Positions 41,780-52,471 of a stretch of DNA of 64,000 nucleotides are shown piece after piece (the first letter of the stretch is position 1; each line of letters begins with the position of its first letter). This DNA is from Clostridia bacterium (GTDB lineage Bacteria > Bacillota > Clostridia > UBA1212 > DUPL01), in the NCBI GenBank assembly GCA_050951325.1, contig JBMNIW010000012.1, forward strand, positions 128,001 to 192,000, written 5' to 3'. Position numbers and translations under genes: made by a program. Under the pieces are notes generated by a model. The model ran no database searches and was not told the origin of the DNA. It saw only the letters and a list, made by a program, of their open reading frames with translations.

Positions 41780-41810
41780 TAATTGTTTCCTTATAACTGG
41801 TAACTTATAC
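41780..41810 (-). promoter_or_regulatory. Sigma-F-type promoter of the spoIIQ-like gene
   Basis: GTATA-15 nt-GGAAACAATTA on the minus strand. Confidence 0.7.
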
Positions 41811-42054
41811 AATTAAGGTGGAAAATTATACAATTATTTTTGAAGAGATTTACAGTTACATAAAAAGGCACTAATTACTAGCCATTCGACTCGGACCAAT
41901 TATCTAAATATTTTTTGAAATCGTCGAAATTCGACACGGAAATACCGGGAAATATGATATGCTAATTTTGCTTCTCTTAAAACGAGGCAACATGTGCAGT
42001 TTACATGGAATAAACACCTATCACGAAGCAAAAAAAATAACAGGAGGCTGCAAA

Positions 42055-43020
42055 TTGCGACGTCAAAAAAGTGTGTTTCATGAAACGTATCATATTGTTA
42101 ACAGAGGCTTTGGCGGTATAAATATTTTTAGAAATGACAAAGACAAGGACAAATACCTTGACTTGCTTGCAAAAGGAGCTGAAAAGTACAGTGTGGATAT
42201 TATTGCCTATTGTCTTATGGACAACCACTACCACTTGTGTGTCAGCTCCAGAAATGAAGAGTATGCAGATATATCAAGTTTTCTTAGATATGCAAATTCT
42301 CAATATGTAAGATACTTCAACAAAACAAGCGAGCCCGATGAAGAAGGAGATCCGAGAGCGGGTTCCCTATTCGGAACACCCTACAAGGCAGTTCCTGTCA
42401 ACGACGAGTTTCAATTGGAAGCGTTGATTGCATACATACACAACAACCCTGCACCCATGGGTGTTGATGTAAAAGAATACAAATACAGCAGTTATCACAG
42501 ATATCTTAACGTGGCAAGTGGGAGGAAAACTGCAGAAGAAGAGAATGAAAAAGGGCTTGTTCTTAAGTTTTCTTTAATTAAAAATTATACTGAAGATGAA
42601 CTAATAGAGCTAACAAAGAAAAGCAGCAAGTACAAATTTTGCGAAGGCAAGGAGAGTTACATCGGGAAGAACTACATTACCGATGAACTTCTAACAGACG
42701 AGATTGAGTATTATTATGAAATGAGTATAAGTGAAATAAACAAGTTAAAAGGCGAAGAAAAATCGGAAATTCTCTATGCAATAAGTAAGATGCCAGGCGT
42801 GTCAAAAAAGCAAATAGCAAGAGTGTTTTCTATTGATTATCATTATCTGTGCAGGATCTTAAGAGTTTATGCACAAAAGGTTTCCAAGCGTGCTACCCCG
42901 ATACCAGCTGGTCTAAAAGAAGCTTTTGTAAAGGATACAACCAAAAAGGACAACCACACTAGTGGGACAATTATCCATGGCATGCTGGGTCACAAGAGCG
43001 GATCAAAGAGGTCACCATAA
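42055..43020 (+). CDS. REP-associated tyrosine transposase (RAYT / Y1 HUH) with C-terminal HTH
   Basis: YHIVNRG, AYCLMDNHYHL (HUH), YVRYFN, GSLF, YIHNNP, YKYSSY; TTG start at 42055 after AGGAGG. Confidence 0.85.
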   Translation: MRRQKSVFHETYHIVNRGFGGINIFRNDKDKDKYLDLLAKGAEKYSVDIIAYCLMDNHYHLCVSSRNEEYADISSFLRYANSQYVRYFNKTSEPDEEGDPRAGSLFGTPYKAVPVNDEFQLEALIAYIHNNPAPMGVDVKEYKYSSYHRYLNVASGRKTAEEENEKGLVLKFSLIKNYTEDELIELTKKSSKYKFCEGKESYIGKNYITDELLTDEIEYYYEMSISEINKLKGEEKSEILYAISKMPGVSKKQIARVFSIDYHYLCRILRVYAQKVSKRATPIPAGLKEAFVKDTTKKDNHTSGTIIHGMLGHKSGSKRSP

Positions 43021-43131
43021 ATTAAGCATATTAGAATCAGGCGGAGGTGATAGTTAATTATAGTCTTGAAATAATTATGAAAATAATATAGATTAATGGC
43101 ATTAATGCTTATAGCAGGAAGGATATTATAT

Positions 43132-44040
43132 GTGCAACATGTGATTAAAGATGGTGTTTGGGTAACAATGATTACCCCCTTCGACAAACAGGGAAGAATA
43201 GATTATGCCGCAGTCAAGAATTTGATAGAATGGTATATATCGAAAGGTGTTGCAGGCTTGTTCGCCATATGCCAGTCAAGCGAAATGTTCTTCTTAAGTT
43301 TTAAAGAGCGTATTGAACTTGCTTCATTTGTAATACAACATGTGAATGGAAGAATAGGAGTTGTAATATCTGGACATGTGGAAGAATCGTTTCAAAAACA
43401 ACTGGAAGAGCTTAAAGTTTTGGCTGATCTTAAGCCTGACGCTTTGGTATTGGTGAGCAACCGTTTGAAGGATGATAATGATTGTATTATAGAAAATTTA
43501 AAAAGAATAGAGGAGTCGCTGCCTGATAACATCCCTCTAGGGATGTATGAGTGTCCGTATCCGGACAAAAGGCTTATTAAGTATGAAGAATTAAAATACA
43601 TGATCAATTCTAGGAGGTATCTATTCTTAAAGGACACATGTTGTGATATAAGCATTATAAAAAGCAGGTTGGAAATAATAAAGGGAAGCACTTTCAAGCT
43701 GTTCAACGCAAACACTGCGACATTGCATGATTCTATCATTATGGGCTGTAACGGGTATTGCGGCATAATGTCTAATTTTCATCCTGAATTGTATGCCTGG
43801 TTGTATAATAATCCAAGGGATGAAAAAGCAAGCAGCTTATCCAGCATTTTAAGTGTCATGTCACTTATAGAAGAGCATGGATATCCGCATTGTGCAAAAA
43901 GATACTTGAGAAATTATGAGAATATTAATATGACCGACATATGCAGAACTACCTTAAAGAATATCACACCCTCACTTGACCAGGAACTTGATGCGATACA
44001 CGAATTGACAAATTTAATGCATAATCATATAAATATATAA
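43132..44040 (+). CDS. Dihydrodipicolinate synthase-family class I aldolase/lyase
   Basis: MITPF, CQSSEMFFL, GMYECPYP, Schiff-base KDT; start approximate. Confidence 0.85.
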   Translation: MQHVIKDGVWVTMITPFDKQGRIDYAAVKNLIEWYISKGVAGLFAICQSSEMFFLSFKERIELASFVIQHVNGRIGVVISGHVEESFQKQLEELKVLADLKPDALVLVSNRLKDDNDCIIENLKRIEESLPDNIPLGMYECPYPDKRLIKYEELKYMINSRRYLFLKDTCCDISIIKSRLEIIKGSTFKLFNANTATLHDSIIMGCNGYCGIMSNFHPELYAWLYNNPRDEKASSLSSILSVMSLIEEHGYPHCAKRYLRNYENINMTDICRTTLKNITPSLDQELDAIHELTNLMHNHINI

Positions 44041-44054
44041 AACCAGGTGATACA

Positions 44055-45371
44055 ATGCGAGGCTACAACAATTGGAGTTTCAAGCCCTACATACCGTATG
44101 ACAAAAAGTCTACAGGACCATATATTTGCCGGCTTGAACCAGGAGAAGACTACATATGTGGTGAATGGTTTGATCTGAGAGACCATGGTGAACACATACT
44201 GCATTATTTTGAGTCAGGAAAAGACGAAGTAAAATCCTTTCATCTTAGTAATAATTGTTTTACTATTAAAAACCTTAAGCCGGACACTGAATATGGAATA
44301 TTCATACAGGGAAAGGATAGAAGCAATATTAGATTGGCAAGGACAGGATATGTACCAGGCAAGGTTGTCAGTTATCTGCATTACATGGACACCCAATATG
44401 ATTTTTCAGGTCACAGTCTTTGCAGCCCATCAATATTGAGACTACCAAATGGCTCTCTGCTTGCTTCCAACGATTATTACAAAGCAAAGAGCCCGCAGAA
44501 TCTGACATCCATTTTTCGCTCCGATAATAACGGCAAAAGCTGGTATTATGTCACTGATTTGTATCCATGCTTCTGGGGCAAGCTGTTCTATCACAAAGAC
44601 AGCGTATATATGTTGGCAACTGCAAATGAATACGGCGACTTGTTAATTGGAAAGTCCGATGACGAGGGAAGAACCTGGACTACCCCGACAGTTATATTAA
44701 GAGGCTCAAACAGTTGCTTTGAGAGTGGCTTTCACAAAGCACCAAATAATATAGTAAGGGCATATGGAAGGCTATGGACTAGCATTGATTACGGGTCGTG
44801 GGTAAGAAAAAGCTTTAGCAATTCCATTTTCTCAATCGATGAGAATGCAGATTTATTGCAAGCTGAAAACTGGTGCTGTACCGGCTTTTTAAAGCATGAC
44901 CCCCATTGGGAAAATGCCGAAGATATTCCCGGAGCTATTGAAGGCAATATAGTTGTAGCTCCAGACGGCTCTATTGTAAACATGTTAAGGTACTGCAAGA
45001 ACAAAGCGTTAATGCTAATAATTGATTCTGATAAACCTGAGGAGTTGCCAAGATTCCACAGAATTATTGACTTTCCCCTGGGGCATTCCAAATTTGAAAT
45101 AATTCAGAAAGGAAGCAAATACTACGCTGTAGGTAACAGGCTGCCTCTAAGAACAATATTGTCCTTGTATGTATCAGAAGACCTTTATAATTGGGATTAT
45201 GTTATGGATCTGATAAACTATGAAGAATTGCCACCCTCAAAGGTTGGTTTCCAATATCCTTCTGCATTTATTGAAAACGATATTTTATATGTTCTTTTAA
45301 GAACAGGTTTTAATCATGCTTACAACTATCACGACGCCAATTACATAACATTTCACAAATACAATGTATAG
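44055..45371 (+). CDS. BNR/Asp-box beta-propeller, sialidase-like, with FN3-like N-terminus
   Basis: Asp-boxes SDNNGKSW and SDDEGRTW; GFQYP, HDANYITFH. Confidence 0.75.
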   Translation: MRGYNNWSFKPYIPYDKKSTGPYICRLEPGEDYICGEWFDLRDHGEHILHYFESGKDEVKSFHLSNNCFTIKNLKPDTEYGIFIQGKDRSNIRLARTGYVPGKVVSYLHYMDTQYDFSGHSLCSPSILRLPNGSLLASNDYYKAKSPQNLTSIFRSDNNGKSWYYVTDLYPCFWGKLFYHKDSVYMLATANEYGDLLIGKSDDEGRTWTTPTVILRGSNSCFESGFHKAPNNIVRAYGRLWTSIDYGSWVRKSFSNSIFSIDENADLLQAENWCCTGFLKHDPHWENAEDIPGAIEGNIVVAPDGSIVNMLRYCKNKALMLIIDSDKPEELPRFHRIIDFPLGHSKFEIIQKGSKYYAVGNRLPLRTILSLYVSEDLYNWDYVMDLINYEELPPSKVGFQYPSAFIENDILYVLLRTGFNHAYNYHDANYITFHKYNV

Positions 45372-45386
45372 CGCTCTAAAGGTAAA

Positions 45387-45435
45387 GGAAAACCGGCATG
45401 GCAGGCAAATTACGCCAAACCATGCCGGTTTTTCC
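45387..45435. terminator. Bidirectional terminator
   Basis: AAAACCGGCATGG...CCATGCCGGTTTT between convergent genes. Confidence 0.75.
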
Positions 45436-45454
45436 AGGATTGATAAATGAAGTG

Positions 45455-46573
45455 CTAGTTGGAAGGTAGACCAATGCTTGTATACAATTCTCTTTCAAGT
45501 TCTACTCCGGAGTAATAGTGCTTTAATATTTCATCGTATGTTTTTCCTTCGTCAGCCATTGTAATTGCTCCTAGCTGACTCATCCCTACTCCATGTCCTG
45601 TTCCTATAGTTATTACCAATATTGTATCCTTGTTAAATTCTCTGAAAATCATGTTTGTAGATCTCAAGCCCAGTATTGAACGAGCTGCAATACCGGACAT
45701 TTCAACACCACCTATGGTAATTTTTTTCACGCGACCAGTAGGGCTTCTTTCAATACTGGTTATTGACTCCAAGACATTGTACGGTTCTGCTTTAAAGTTG
45801 TCTCCGTATGCTTTCCTGAATCTTGCTGCAAAATCACTTTTGCTGAAATATGCGAAGTTGCAGTAATAATCATTTGCCAGTTCGCCATAACTCGGTACAC
45901 TCTTTAAATACGCCAGTTTTTCATACCATACATCCTCCATGCTTTCAGTATAACCACCGCTGCTGGAAAAATACATGGCTTTTATTACTTCGCCTTCGTA
46001 GGTCATAACAATGCCCTTTGTCGACTCAACGGCCTTCTTCAGTTTGCTATACAATTCCTGACCTGTTTCCTTGCCATAGGCGGGTATTATCCCCTCGGGG
46101 TCTTTCCAAGCCTGACAGTGGGTATAGTCGGTACAAATTACTGCTCCATCTTTGTGGATATTGACACCTTCGCCGTCGTTGTAGAATTTGTACAGAGTAT
46201 AGCTCCTTGCTGCGACAGCCTGGGCTTTTAGCGCTTCAATGTTGTTTCTTAGGTTCATCTCTGCATATACGACGCCCATAATGTAGTCTTCAAGAAACAT
46301 CTCCTTGACTCTTTTTTCATTGGAGTCATACACTCTTATCAGCAAATCGTCCAGTTCATCTGTACATATACTTCCAACTGCTGTTTGTATAACATTCTCC
46401 TCTGTATTTGGCACGTTGTCCAATTGAGACCTAATAAGGCCTATTATGCTATAAAAGTTCCTGCTTGATAAAGGCATTTTGGCATTTCCTGATACGACGC
46501 TAAGTACTACAAGTGCCGACATAACTATGGATAAAACAGCAGAGGATATAATACTCCTATTAAATTTGAACAC
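45455..46573 (-). CDS. spoIID: Stage II sporulation protein D (lytic transglycosylase)
   Basis: LEDYIMGVVYAEM, EALKAQAVAARSY, CTDYTHCQAW, GTGHGVGMSQ, ILKHYY. Confidence 0.93.
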   Translation of the reverse strand: MFKFNRSIISSAVLSIVMSALVVLSVVSGNAKMPLSSRNFYSIIGLIRSQLDNVPNTEENVIQTAVGSICTDELDDLLIRVYDSNEKRVKEMFLEDYIMGVVYAEMNLRNNIEALKAQAVAARSYTLYKFYNDGEGVNIHKDGAVICTDYTHCQAWKDPEGIIPAYGKETGQELYSKLKKAVESTKGIVMTYEGEVIKAMYFSSSGGYTESMEDVWYEKLAYLKSVPSYGELANDYYCNFAYFSKSDFAARFRKAYGDNFKAEPYNVLESITSIERSPTGRVKKITIGGVEMSGIAARSILGLRSTNMIFREFNKDTILVITIGTGHGVGMSQLGAITMADEGKTYDEILKHYYSGVELERELYTSIGLPSN

Positions 46574-46665
46574 GAGAACACCTCCATATTCATCTTTATA
46601 GGTATATTATTCCTCTGTTTTTGCCACTTTATTCAATTTAAAACTACTAATTACCAAAACTATGT

Positions 46666-47514
46666 TTAGTTATAGAATCTAAGACTTATATCCAACGCCT
46701 TTACTGAATGTGTAATCCTACCAATAGAGATTATGTCAACTCCTGTTTTTGCAACATCTACAATTCTCTGCTCATTGATATCGCCAGAAGCTTCAACCAG
46801 AGCTTTTTTGTTTATGAGTTTTACAGCCTCTGTCATCATTTCATTCGTCATATTGTCAAGCATAATGATATCTGCACCTGCATTCAATGCTTCTCGGACC
46901 ATTTCGATATTCTCGGTCTCAACTTCTATCTTGATAGTGTGCGGAATTCTGCCTCTTACCATCTCGACAGCATTTTTAATGCCACCTGCTGCAGTGATAT
47001 GGTTGTCTTTAATAAGTACTCCGTCAGAAAGAGAGAATCTGTGATTCTGTCCTCCTCCCACTCTTACGGCATATTTCTCTAAATATCTAAGACCAGGCGT
47101 TGTCTTTCTTGTATCCACAACATTCACAGGATAATCCTTTACTAACTCCACCAGTTTGCTTGTGGCACTAGCCACCCCGGAAAGCCTCTGCAAAAGGTTT
47201 AAAGCAGTTCTCTCGCCCTTTAATATTTCTCTCGTCGGACCCTCAATATGTGCAATTATGTCGCCTTTCTTTACTTTTGCTCCGTCCTGTAAACAAACCT
47301 CTATTTTTATATCTCTGCTCAGAAGCTCAAAGGTTCTGAGTGCAACGGGAACACCTGCCAGTACGCCGTCTTCCTTTGCAATCAGTCTAGCTTTTGAAAT
47401 ACTGCTTCCTGCAATTATGTTGTCTGTTGTTATATCTCCAAAGGGCATATCCTCTTCAAGAGCCGTCAAGATTACCTTATCTACCTGTTTCATGTCCAAA
47501 TATACTTCATTCAT
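46666..47514 (-). CDS. nadC: Quinolinate phosphoribosyltransferase
   Basis: GERTALN, DTRKTTPG, IKDNH, IMLDN, EASG. Confidence 0.97.
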   Translation of the reverse strand: MNEVYLDMKQVDKVILTALEEDMPFGDITTDNIIAGSSISKARLIAKEDGVLAGVPVALRTFELLSRDIKIEVCLQDGAKVKKGDIIAHIEGPTREILKGERTALNLLQRLSGVASATSKLVELVKDYPVNVVDTRKTTPGLRYLEKYAVRVGGGQNHRFSLSDGVLIKDNHITAAGGIKNAVEMVRGRIPHTIKIEVETENIEMVREALNAGADIIMLDNMTNEMMTEAVKLINKKALVEASGDINEQRIVDVAKTGVDIISIGRITHSVKALDISLRFYN

Positions 47515-47522
47515 AGCTACTA

Positions 47523-49139
47523 TTACTCCTCTCGTACAATATTATCCTTTGAAAATACAATATGCACCTTCCACTCGTCTTTTGTTTCCTTAAAGTCTGA
47601 TCTGTAATGGGCTCCACGGCTTTCTTCCCTCATGATAGCCGCTTTTATAACCAACTCAGCCAACAAGACCATATTCTGAAGTACATAATCGTCAAAGGTT
47701 GTGTTATTCATATCTGCAATTTCTTTCTTAATTTCAACTACCCTCTGCAGTGCTTCGTTTAAAGTATCATAGGTCCTTTCTATACCAACCAGCTCCGTCA
47801 TTGTCTGCTTTATTGAAAGAATTGCTTCTTTCGAATTATAGCCTTTATTCATCCTTTCGGTCTTTACAAAGAACCTTGCATGATGTTTTTGATTGTTTTT
47901 CTCGTTCATAAGCATTTCAGATACTTTTAAAGCTATTCTGCGTCCAAAAACTATACCTTCAAGAAGGGAATTAGACGCAAGCCTGTTTGCTCCGTGAATT
48001 CCTGTACATGCAGCTTCCCCACACGCATAATAGTTTATTATGTTTGTTTCTCCGTCCAGATTTGTCTTAATACCACCCATGCAATAATGTTCTGCTGGAG
48101 CAACCGGTATATGGTCTTTTGACATATCCATACCGTATTTTTGTAATGTGGAATAGATGTTGGGAAATCTTTTTTCGAGATAATCCTTGCCCTCATGGGT
48201 TATATCCAAATACACATTTTCAGTACCTGTTTTCTTCATCTCCATAAATATGCAGCGCGATACCACATCTCTTGGAGCAAGTTCTGCAAGTTCATGATAG
48301 TTAGGCATGAATCTTTCGCCTTTTGCATTGCGCAAAATAGCGCCTTCTCCTCTAACCGCCTCAGATATGAGAAAACTTTTGTTTTCAGGATGATACAAAA
48401 CCGTTGGATGAAACTGAACAAACTCTAGATCTTCCAGTTCACCGCCGGCTCTGAATGTAAAAGCAGCCCCATCTCCTGTGGCCACAACTGGATTCGTGGT
48501 ATAGTAGTAAAGTTGTCCATAGCCGCCTGTAGCACATATCACCGCATCGGCATAGAACACTATGGGCTTTTCTGTTTCCTCTTCCATGGCAATAAGGCCA
48601 TGGCAGGCACCATCCTTTACAAGGAGGTCCAGAGCCCAGGTTTTTTCATAGATTGTGACATTGCTTCTCTTGGTCACATTGTATATCAGCTTGTCACATA
48701 CTTCTTTACCGGTTGCATCTCCGGCATGTATTATTCTGTTCTTGCTGTGTGCACCCTCCCTGGTAAGTGCCAGTTTTCTTTTATCCTCAGGGCTTCTATC
48801 AAACTCCACTCCGTACTTGCACAATAGGTTAATATTTTCAGCTGCCTCATCAACGAGAACTCTTACACTTTCCTCATCGCACAAGCCTGCGCCTGCATAA
48901 AGGGTGTCCTGCATGTGTATGTCGGGAGAGTCGCTTTTATCAAGAGAAACTGCAATACCGCCCTGTGCAAGAACCGAGCTTGATATGTCTACTCCCTCTT
49001 TAGTAAGTATTGCTATATTGTATTTCTCCGGAATCTCCAAAGCTGTATATACTCCTGCAATTCCTCCACCAACAATTACAACGTCGTAGTACTTCTTATC
49101 AAGCTCTTCTGTATCAAAATCAATTAAATATCGATTCAT
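47523..49139 (-). CDS. nadB: L-aspartate oxidase
   Basis: AQGGIA, EGAHS, QFHPT, SEAVRGEG, HGANRLASNSLLE. Confidence 0.96.
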   Translation of the reverse strand: MNRYLIDFDTEELDKKYYDVVIVGGGIAGVYTALEIPEKYNIAILTKEGVDISSSVLAQGGIAVSLDKSDSPDIHMQDTLYAGAGLCDEESVRVLVDEAAENINLLCKYGVEFDRSPEDKRKLALTREGAHSKNRIIHAGDATGKEVCDKLIYNVTKRSNVTIYEKTWALDLLVKDGACHGLIAMEEETEKPIVFYADAVICATGGYGQLYYYTTNPVVATGDGAAFTFRAGGELEDLEFVQFHPTVLYHPENKSFLISEAVRGEGAILRNAKGERFMPNYHELAELAPRDVVSRCIFMEMKKTGTENVYLDITHEGKDYLEKRFPNIYSTLQKYGMDMSKDHIPVAPAEHYCMGGIKTNLDGETNIINYYACGEAACTGIHGANRLASNSLLEGIVFGRRIALKVSEMLMNEKNNQKHHARFFVKTERMNKGYNSKEAILSIKQTMTELVGIERTYDTLNEALQRVVEIKKEIADMNNTTFDDYVLQNMVLLAELVIKAAIMREESRGAHYRSDFKETKDEWKVHIVFSKDNIVREE

Positions 49140-49170
49140 TATTCTTGTAGCCTTCTTTCAAGTCCTTTAG

Positions 49171-50097
49171 TTATTTTGACAGTTCAAGCATTCTGTCAAG
49201 GGCCTTTCTGGCCTTGGCAGCTACATCCTCTGGTACGTTCATTTCATAATATCCAGTCTGCAGGCATCTCAAGACACTCTCAAGCGTTGTCTTCTTCATG
49301 TTCGGACAAACCAGACCAGGTGCCATCAAATAGAAGGTTTTATCCGGATTATCCCTCATGAGTGGATGAAGAACCCCCATCTCGGTACCAATAATAAACT
49401 TCTTGTGATCGCTCTTTGTTGCGTACTCTATTATCTCCTTGGTGCTGCCAACAAAATCAGCATATTGCAGCACTTCTGGAGTACATTCTGGATGTATTAG
49501 AAGCAATGCATCAGGATGCACTTCCTTGACTTTTGCAACCTCATCAGGTTTTATTCTGTGATGGGTTGGACAGAAACCATCCCACAGAATAACCTCAACT
49601 TCAGGAATCTGCTTTGCAACGTATGCGCCAAGGTTTTTATCAGGAGCAAATATAATCTTTTTAGCATTTAAAGCCCTTACAACCTTGACTGCGTTGGATG
49701 AGGTTACAATGACATCGGATTCAGCCTTAACTTCTGCGGATGAATTAATATACGTCACAACCATTGCATCGGGATGTTTTGCTTTAAGTTTTCTAAGCCC
49801 TTCGGCATTCACCATTTGAGCCATGGGGCATCCTGCTTGTCTTTCAGGCAGTAATACAGTTTTATCGGGCGCAAGAATTTTTGCACTCTCTGCCATAAAA
49901 TCCACGCCACAGAAAACAATCATGCTTTTTTCCTGTGCTGCACAGAATTTGGCCAATGCAAAAGAGTCGCCAACCAGATCGGCTATGTCCTGAACTTCCC
50001 CAATCTGATATGTATGGGCAACTATTACTGCATCCTTTTCAATTCTCATCCTGTTTATTTCATCTATCATAGTTTGTTTGTTTAAATCTGCGTTCAT
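49171..50097 (-). CDS. nadA: Quinolinate synthase
   Basis: AHTYQ, GDS, CGVDFMAE, GCPMA, HPEC, CPNMK. Confidence 0.97.
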   Translation of the reverse strand: MNADLNKQTMIDEINRMRIEKDAVIVAHTYQIGEVQDIADLVGDSFALAKFCAAQEKSMIVFCGVDFMAESAKILAPDKTVLLPERQAGCPMAQMVNAEGLRKLKAKHPDAMVVTYINSSAEVKAESDVIVTSSNAVKVVRALNAKKIIFAPDKNLGAYVAKQIPEVEVILWDGFCPTHHRIKPDEVAKVKEVHPDALLLIHPECTPEVLQYADFVGSTKEIIEYATKSDHKKFIIGTEMGVLHPLMRDNPDKTFYLMAPGLVCPNMKKTTLESVLRCLQTGYYEMNVPEDVAAKARKALDRMLELSK

Positions 50098-50254
50098 TAC
50101 TCTGACCCCTTTTAAATTGAGTTCATCATATTCTAATATTTAATAATGTAAAAGTCAATTAACAGAGTAAGAACACAAGTAAAACAGTGAATTAAGGCCA
50201 CAATAAAATCCATAATTTAACGGATATAAAAAGCGGCCAATAGCCGCAAAATAA

Positions 50255-51142
50255 TCAAATCCAGATATAACACAGTTTCTCAGGACCCTCTAGAATGTCC
50301 TTTCCAATATATACTGTGCCATCATCCTTTACCTTGTAGCTCCACTTTATCAGTGAAATTTCTCCTTCAACAATTTCTATTCCTGTAATACATCTTGAAT
50401 GCACGCAGCTTCCATCGTTGAAATACGGCAAGTCAAAACTATCCGGGAACACAGGTCTGTGGGTGTGGCCTGCTATCATAATCCTGTTTCTTTTTTTAAC
50501 CCAGTCAATCAGTTTCATTTCAACTTTATGTCTTTTGTTGCTGTTTCTTGATGTTCTTGTAGGATCTTGGATTCCTATAAGTTCAAGGGGCCTCCATATA
50601 TGTCTAACCAAGAATCTTCCTATGCGCCAAAATTTGTAGTTGAGCAAATCCGCCTGATGACCGTGTATGAGCAATATTCTTTTCCCTGTCATGGCATGCC
50701 TGAGGACAATTCCCTCATGCATGCTCAAATTGGGGAAAAGAGGCGCTTCTTGTTGAGCGCACTCGTCGAAGAAAACACTCATTTCTTTTTTTGCGTTTCT
50801 TCTTCTTTTTACAATGTCATGGTTGCCGTATATAAAGTACAGCCTGTTCTGTTTGTAAAACTCTGAAAACAGCCAAAATATATTGCTGTATGTCGCTATA
50901 ATTTCACAAATGTCCTTGTTCTCCCAAAGTTCATCGCCATCTCCCAGCTCTATGTATGTGTAGCCTTCATCAAAATATTTGGTCAGAGCATGGAAGAAAA
51001 GGTTTTGGTTTTTGGCGAAGTTATCCGCACCGTTACCATTGCCTCTGTGGCAATCACTCATGAATATGAACTTTGAGTTGTCATCAAACTCTATTTCCTT
51101 TGCTGTTTCAAATACTTTGTCAATTCTCTTTATGTAACCCAT
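50255..51142 (-). CDS. Calcineurin-like metallophosphoesterase
   Basis: SDCH, LGDGDE, GNHD, HGH, GHTH. Confidence 0.88.
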   Translation of the reverse strand: MGYIKRIDKVFETAKEIEFDDNSKFIFMSDCHRGNGNGADNFAKNQNLFFHALTKYFDEGYTYIELGDGDELWENKDICEIIATYSNIFWLFSEFYKQNRLYFIYGNHDIVKRRRNAKKEMSVFFDECAQQEAPLFPNLSMHEGIVLRHAMTGKRILLIHGHQADLLNYKFWRIGRFLVRHIWRPLELIGIQDPTRTSRNSNKRHKVEMKLIDWVKKRNRIMIAGHTHRPVFPDSFDLPYFNDGSCVHSRCITGIEIVEGEISLIKWSYKVKDDGTVYIGKDILEGPEKLCYIWI

Positions 51143-51151
51143 AGGCGCCTC

Positions 51152-52324
51152 CTAGTCTTCCAAACCAGTAAAGAGCGTCTTGGATTTACCCAGCTTAAGT
51201 GCTTGCTTGTAAAGTGCAGGATTCTTCTCGTAGAGAAGCTTGAACTTTTCATTCATGTCAGTCGCACCACGAGTAAGCTCTTGGTACAAATCGCAAAAAG
51301 CCTTATTTCTGCTCTGAGCAATCTTGTCTGTTATACGGGTCCTGGTAGCTGGCTGTTTGGAGCGTGGTTTGTCAAACAGAAATTGTACAGTGGTGTTATG
51401 CACGTTGACATCACCCGGTTTGTAACCCAGCTTATACATTCCTTCGAGGAAAGCATCGAGCATTTCGTTGTCCTTCAACGTTATACTGATACTCATGGTT
51501 ATATCCGAAGGATCTGAAAACTCACCTAGTTTGAATCCCGTCAGCCACCAGTGCCTGTCTCTGTGAGCCAGTATTATTTCTCCGTTTTTTCTGGCCACAA
51601 AGGACATGTTGAGAAGTTCATCGTTGTCAGCGGAATAGTAGAAGGTGGTGTTGTAGTCCAAAAGCTCATCCAGATCAATAAAGTCTGAGATTTTTCGCCT
51701 TTTACCCTTTTCCACCTCATCTTCCTTAATATCAGGAGTTGCCATTTCCAAAAGCCGATTAATTCTCTCTTCGTCATCCAACTCCTGATCTCTTTCCTCT
51801 TGTGAAAGTGTACTGAGAAAAATGATAGGTTTTTTTGTTGAATATATACCTATCTCGCAGCCGGTGGTCATTCCGTACTGACCTTTCCACAGCTCTATCA
51901 TCCACTTGTGACCTTGATATTCAAACCTTATAGGTTCGCTATCTATAATCATACTCAGTGTCGGTGCGACTACATCATATAGTCTTGTGTAACCGAAGCG
52001 TCTTTGCCATGGGTAAAGAGATGAGTAAAAGAAATCCCTCTCCTTGTCATAAGCAAAGCCTGTTTCCTTAATCAAGTCATCGAAAGAAACAAACACCGTC
52101 TGAGGTTCTATTCCAGGTACCGACAGACCAATGAATTTGCCAAGCCTCCTCATGAGCCTTCGCAAAATTGGCATGAATAATCTAAACGCATTCACAGCCG
52201 CCAGACCAAATCCTGCAAGTACCACTATTCCTATAACAATCAGACTTATAATCTGCAATAAATTCAAACCAAGTATTACTGCAACAAAGCAAGTTCCATC
52301 AAAATATGTATACAACATAATCAC
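51152..52324 (-). CDS. DUF4474-type membrane-anchored protein
   Basis: WQRRFGY...YD, WMIELWKGQYG, G.EIGIY, WWLTGFKLG. Confidence 0.75.
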   Translation of the reverse strand: MIMLYTYFDGTCFVAVILGLNLLQIISLIVIGIVVLAGFGLAAVNAFRLFMPILRRLMRRLGKFIGLSVPGIEPQTVFVSFDDLIKETGFAYDKERDFFYSSLYPWQRRFGYTRLYDVVAPTLSMIIDSEPIRFEYQGHKWMIELWKGQYGMTTGCEIGIYSTKKPIIFLSTLSQEERDQELDDEERINRLLEMATPDIKEDEVEKGKRRKISDFIDLDELLDYNTTFYYSADNDELLNMSFVARKNGEIILAHRDRHWWLTGFKLGEFSDPSDITMSISITLKDNEMLDAFLEGMYKLGYKPGDVNVHNTTVQFLFDKPRSKQPATRTRITDKIAQSRNKAFCDLYQELTRGATDMNEKFKLLYEKNPALYKQALKLGKSKTLFTGLED

Positions 52325-52471
52325 TTCATAATTTTCTCCAATAACATAGTATTCAGAACTAAAGTTGATTGTTAAGCATTGAGGAAAAATATAATTTCAC
52401 AAATATTTACTTGAAATTTAACTTTTTTGTTATATTTCAGATTGACAAATAAATAACAAAGACGTATATTA

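Noticed and set aside
50160-50185. NiaR-type operator upstream of nadA
   Set aside because: Only one convincing half-site (ACACAAGT); cannot be supported without a profile search.
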